From assembly GCF_030684315.1 (NCBI RefSeq), contig NC_081387.1, positions 18,355,309 through 18,419,308 of the forward strand: a stretch of DNA of 64,000 bases. The letters run 5' to 3'. Positions 62,625 through 64,000 of the stretch are shown here, one piece after another. The translations under genes were made by a program, and so were the position numbers. This stretch comes from Stegostoma tigrinum (lineage: Eukaryota). The notes beneath the pieces were generated by a model. The model saw only the letters and a program-made list of their open reading frames with translations. It searched no databases and was not told where the DNA came from. How positions within the stretch are numbered: the first letter of the stretch is position 1; every line of letters begins with the position of its first letter.

Positions 62625-64000
62625 AGCTGGACCTCCTTGGGTTCTCTCATAATCAACATTAATCTGGCTTTGAAATAATTAATTAAGCACTCAAGCTGAA
62701 GTTTAACTTCATCAGATAGCATGTCTGGTCATTTTGCTTCAGCCACATGATTTCTCAGAAATATTTATTTGTCTATAAGCTCAATAAATGATTCTCTGAC
62801 ACTTTCTTTTAGCTACTCACCTTCATAGAATAGAAAACCAAAAACCCAAAATCATTTAGCTCTTCCTTCAAACTCAGTGTGCCTGGATATTAGTGATGCT
62901 TCATCAACATTCATCACAGGCTGATAAAAAGTCTCAATCTTGATGTGTAGCAGGGCGCAATTTCGAAATGAATAACTGCATGTGCTGGAGATCAGAAACT
63001 AAAGCAGAAATCGCTGCAGATTCTCATCTGGCTGTATATTGGAAGAGAAAGCATAGGTAACATTTCAGGGCCAGTGACCCTTTTCCAGACACTTCTTCTA
63101 ATTTCCACATTAATGCTTGTCCTTGAAATAATAAATCCCAAGATTTGTTCTGAATTAGTATCGAAGTAGGCTGTTTGGTGTAACTCTGTCAATTCAGGGC
63201 CTGAATTTCTATTAGCAGTGATGAACTAAACATGGCAGCCATTCTCTCTTTTCAATCAGCTTCTGATCTGAGTTTTTGTTTGGTGATTGTGTTAGACAAC
63301 TGAATTTCCAATTCATCTCCCTTTTCTGAAGATTCCTCCACTTCACTTCAAATTCGATTAATCTAACGTGTAGTTGCAAAATCGTCAAGAAGCATCTCAA
63401 GTGTTCTAACTTTGACCATTTCATCCTAAGTGAGTCCAACATATTTGAAACAGCCAAACTGAAACAGCTGATTGCGGAGTTCGCCCGTTCTTCATTCCAT
63501 CGGTTTTGCTCAGAGCTCAGCTAGTCCTGTCCCAGCTAACTTTGTTGGAAGAAAATATTTTTAAACTCTGTAAAAAAAACAGAAGTATTGAACAAATATT
63601 TTGCATCACACTTTGTGACAGAAGATACTTTGAACATTCCATTAATTATAAAGAATGTAGTTGAGGAATTAAGACCCTTCACCATCACTGAGGAAAGGGT
63701 ATTTGGTAAACTAGTGGGGTTAAAGGTGAATATGCTTCCTGCTGTGATGGCTTACAACCTCGGATTGTAAAACAGGTAGCTACACAAGTCGCGGATGCTA
63801 TCTCTGTAATTTACAAAAAACCTTGGATATTGGAGAAATGCCAGAGATTTGGAAAACTGACAATGTGAAACTCCTATTTAAAAAAAAGCAAGGCAAAGTA
63901 TCAGTGACAAAATCTATTGTTGAAAAAGGATTGGAATTAATTAATGAGAGTAGGATAGAGAACATTGAGAAAATATTCTTCTCGTCAAACAGACTCAGTA
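62625..64000 (+). repeat. Start of a sixth duplication unit (paralogous to 33485-33963 and 35658-36200), lacking exon 1
   Basis: Colinear high similarity on both sides of an unrelated ~370-bp segment (63099-63470). Confidence 0.75.

Overview
Repeat-rich vertebrate DNA, most likely a cartilaginous fish (shark). That call rests on HE1-like SINEs, (CTATGTT)n-tailed CR1 LINEs and abundant Penelope elements. The window holds a same-strand tandem cluster of two-exon orphan class A GPCR genes of the GPR139/GPR142-like family: a 64-nt exon 1, a phase-1 GT-AG intron, and a ~0.9-kb exon 2. Five paralogs are visible. Copy 1 has a 1-nt frameshift and its exon 1 lies outside the window. Copy 2 has a single TGA. 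Copy 3 is degraded and carries a solo-LTR insertion. Copy 4 has an intact exon 2 but no recognisable exon 1. Copy 5 is intact (335 aa). There is also one gene-less duplication unit and the start of a sixth unit lacking exon 1. Each of the five introns hides a degenerate second copy of exon 1 inside an old CR1 fragment. The rest is CR1 and other LINEs (two near-identical young CR1 copies), tRNA-derived SINEs, and Penelope-like elements. The Penelope elements include two long palindromes with TSDs and mini-elements carrying minimal hammerhead ribozyme motifs. Repeat family names are from memory and need RepeatMasker/Dfam confirmation.
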